From an uncultured Nitrososphaeraceae archaeon (GTDB taxonomy: Archaea > Thermoproteota > Nitrososphaeria > Nitrososphaerales > Nitrososphaeraceae), in contig CAWIMJ010000025.1 in assembly GCA_963837175.1 (NCBI GenBank), forward strand, positions 64,713-128,712: a DNA stretch of 64,000 bases, written 5' to 3'. A model generated the notes under the pieces. It worked only from the letters and a program-made list of their open reading frames with translations, did not search any database and was not told where the DNA came from. Numbering within the stretch: the first letter of the stretch is position 1; each line of letters opens with the position of its first letter. The position numbers were made by a program, and so were the translations under genes. This document shows positions 63,776-64,000 of this stretch, one piece after another.

Positions 63776-64000
63776 ATGGCCAAATGCTGTTCCTGTGGTC
63801 AAGGTATCAATTCAACATATATCAGAGAAGGCTCAAAAGGCTTAATGCGAAAGGTTGGATTTTACTGCTCTTATTGCGATATTTATTGTGATTCAACATC
63901 CGAAAAACTGTACACAGTTAATACTAAAACCGTATACAGTAATATAGCGACAAAGTCAGAAGAGCAGCCACTAACCAAAAAAGTGAGCATAAAACAACCA
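63776..64000 (+). CDS. Putative integrase N-terminal fragment int(N) with Zn ribbon (runs off the window); not in the ORF track
   Basis: MAKCCSCGQG...GFYCSYCD...KKVSIKQP, open to the window end; final codons match the SIKQ just upstream of att at 56066-56077. Confidence 0.65.
   Translation, partial: MAKCCSCGQGINSTYIREGSKGLMRKVGFYCSYCDIYCDSTSEKLYTVNTKTVYSNIATKSEEQPLTKKVSIKQP

Larger units (their letters stand above)
56081..64000. mobile_element. Integrated SSV1-type (split-integrase) element targeting tRNA-Thr(GGT); right end just outside the window
   Basis: att plus int(C) at the left, cargo and replication-type genes inside, putative int(N) at the right edge. Confidence 0.8.

Overview
AT-rich archaeal chromosome segment. 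The gene set fits an ammonia-oxidising Nitrososphaeria (Thaumarchaeota), most likely Nitrososphaeraceae; this is inferred from gene content and protein style. Housekeeping genes include hemD, an ABC1 kinase, ileS, hppA, cdvC plus a divergent cdvB, a TrmB regulator, nnrD, nob1, an NAD kinase, a LysW-dependent arg/lys cluster, dph5, PAC2, SSB, TFB and a PPP phosphatase. There are two tRNAs: Ile-GAT and an intron-containing Leu-CAA. Three accessory zones stand out. (1) An IS6 relic at about 2.1-2.7 kb. (2) A decayed island beside tRNA-Ile (about 18.3-24.0 kb) with an integrase pseudogene and secreted cargo. (3) A gene graveyard (50-56 kb) followed by an SSV1-type split-integrase element. That element starts at a 44-bp tRNA-Thr(GGT) att site (56081-56124). 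It carries int(C), a beta-propeller surface protein, a broken MCM-like ATPase, a PolB-like stub and an unannotated Zn-ribbon int(N) that runs off the window end. The most notable biochemistry: the only intact LysW carrier (missed by the ORF track) ends in EDWGQ rather than EDWGE, and the second carrier copy is degenerate. All family assignments come from motif recognition, not database searches.
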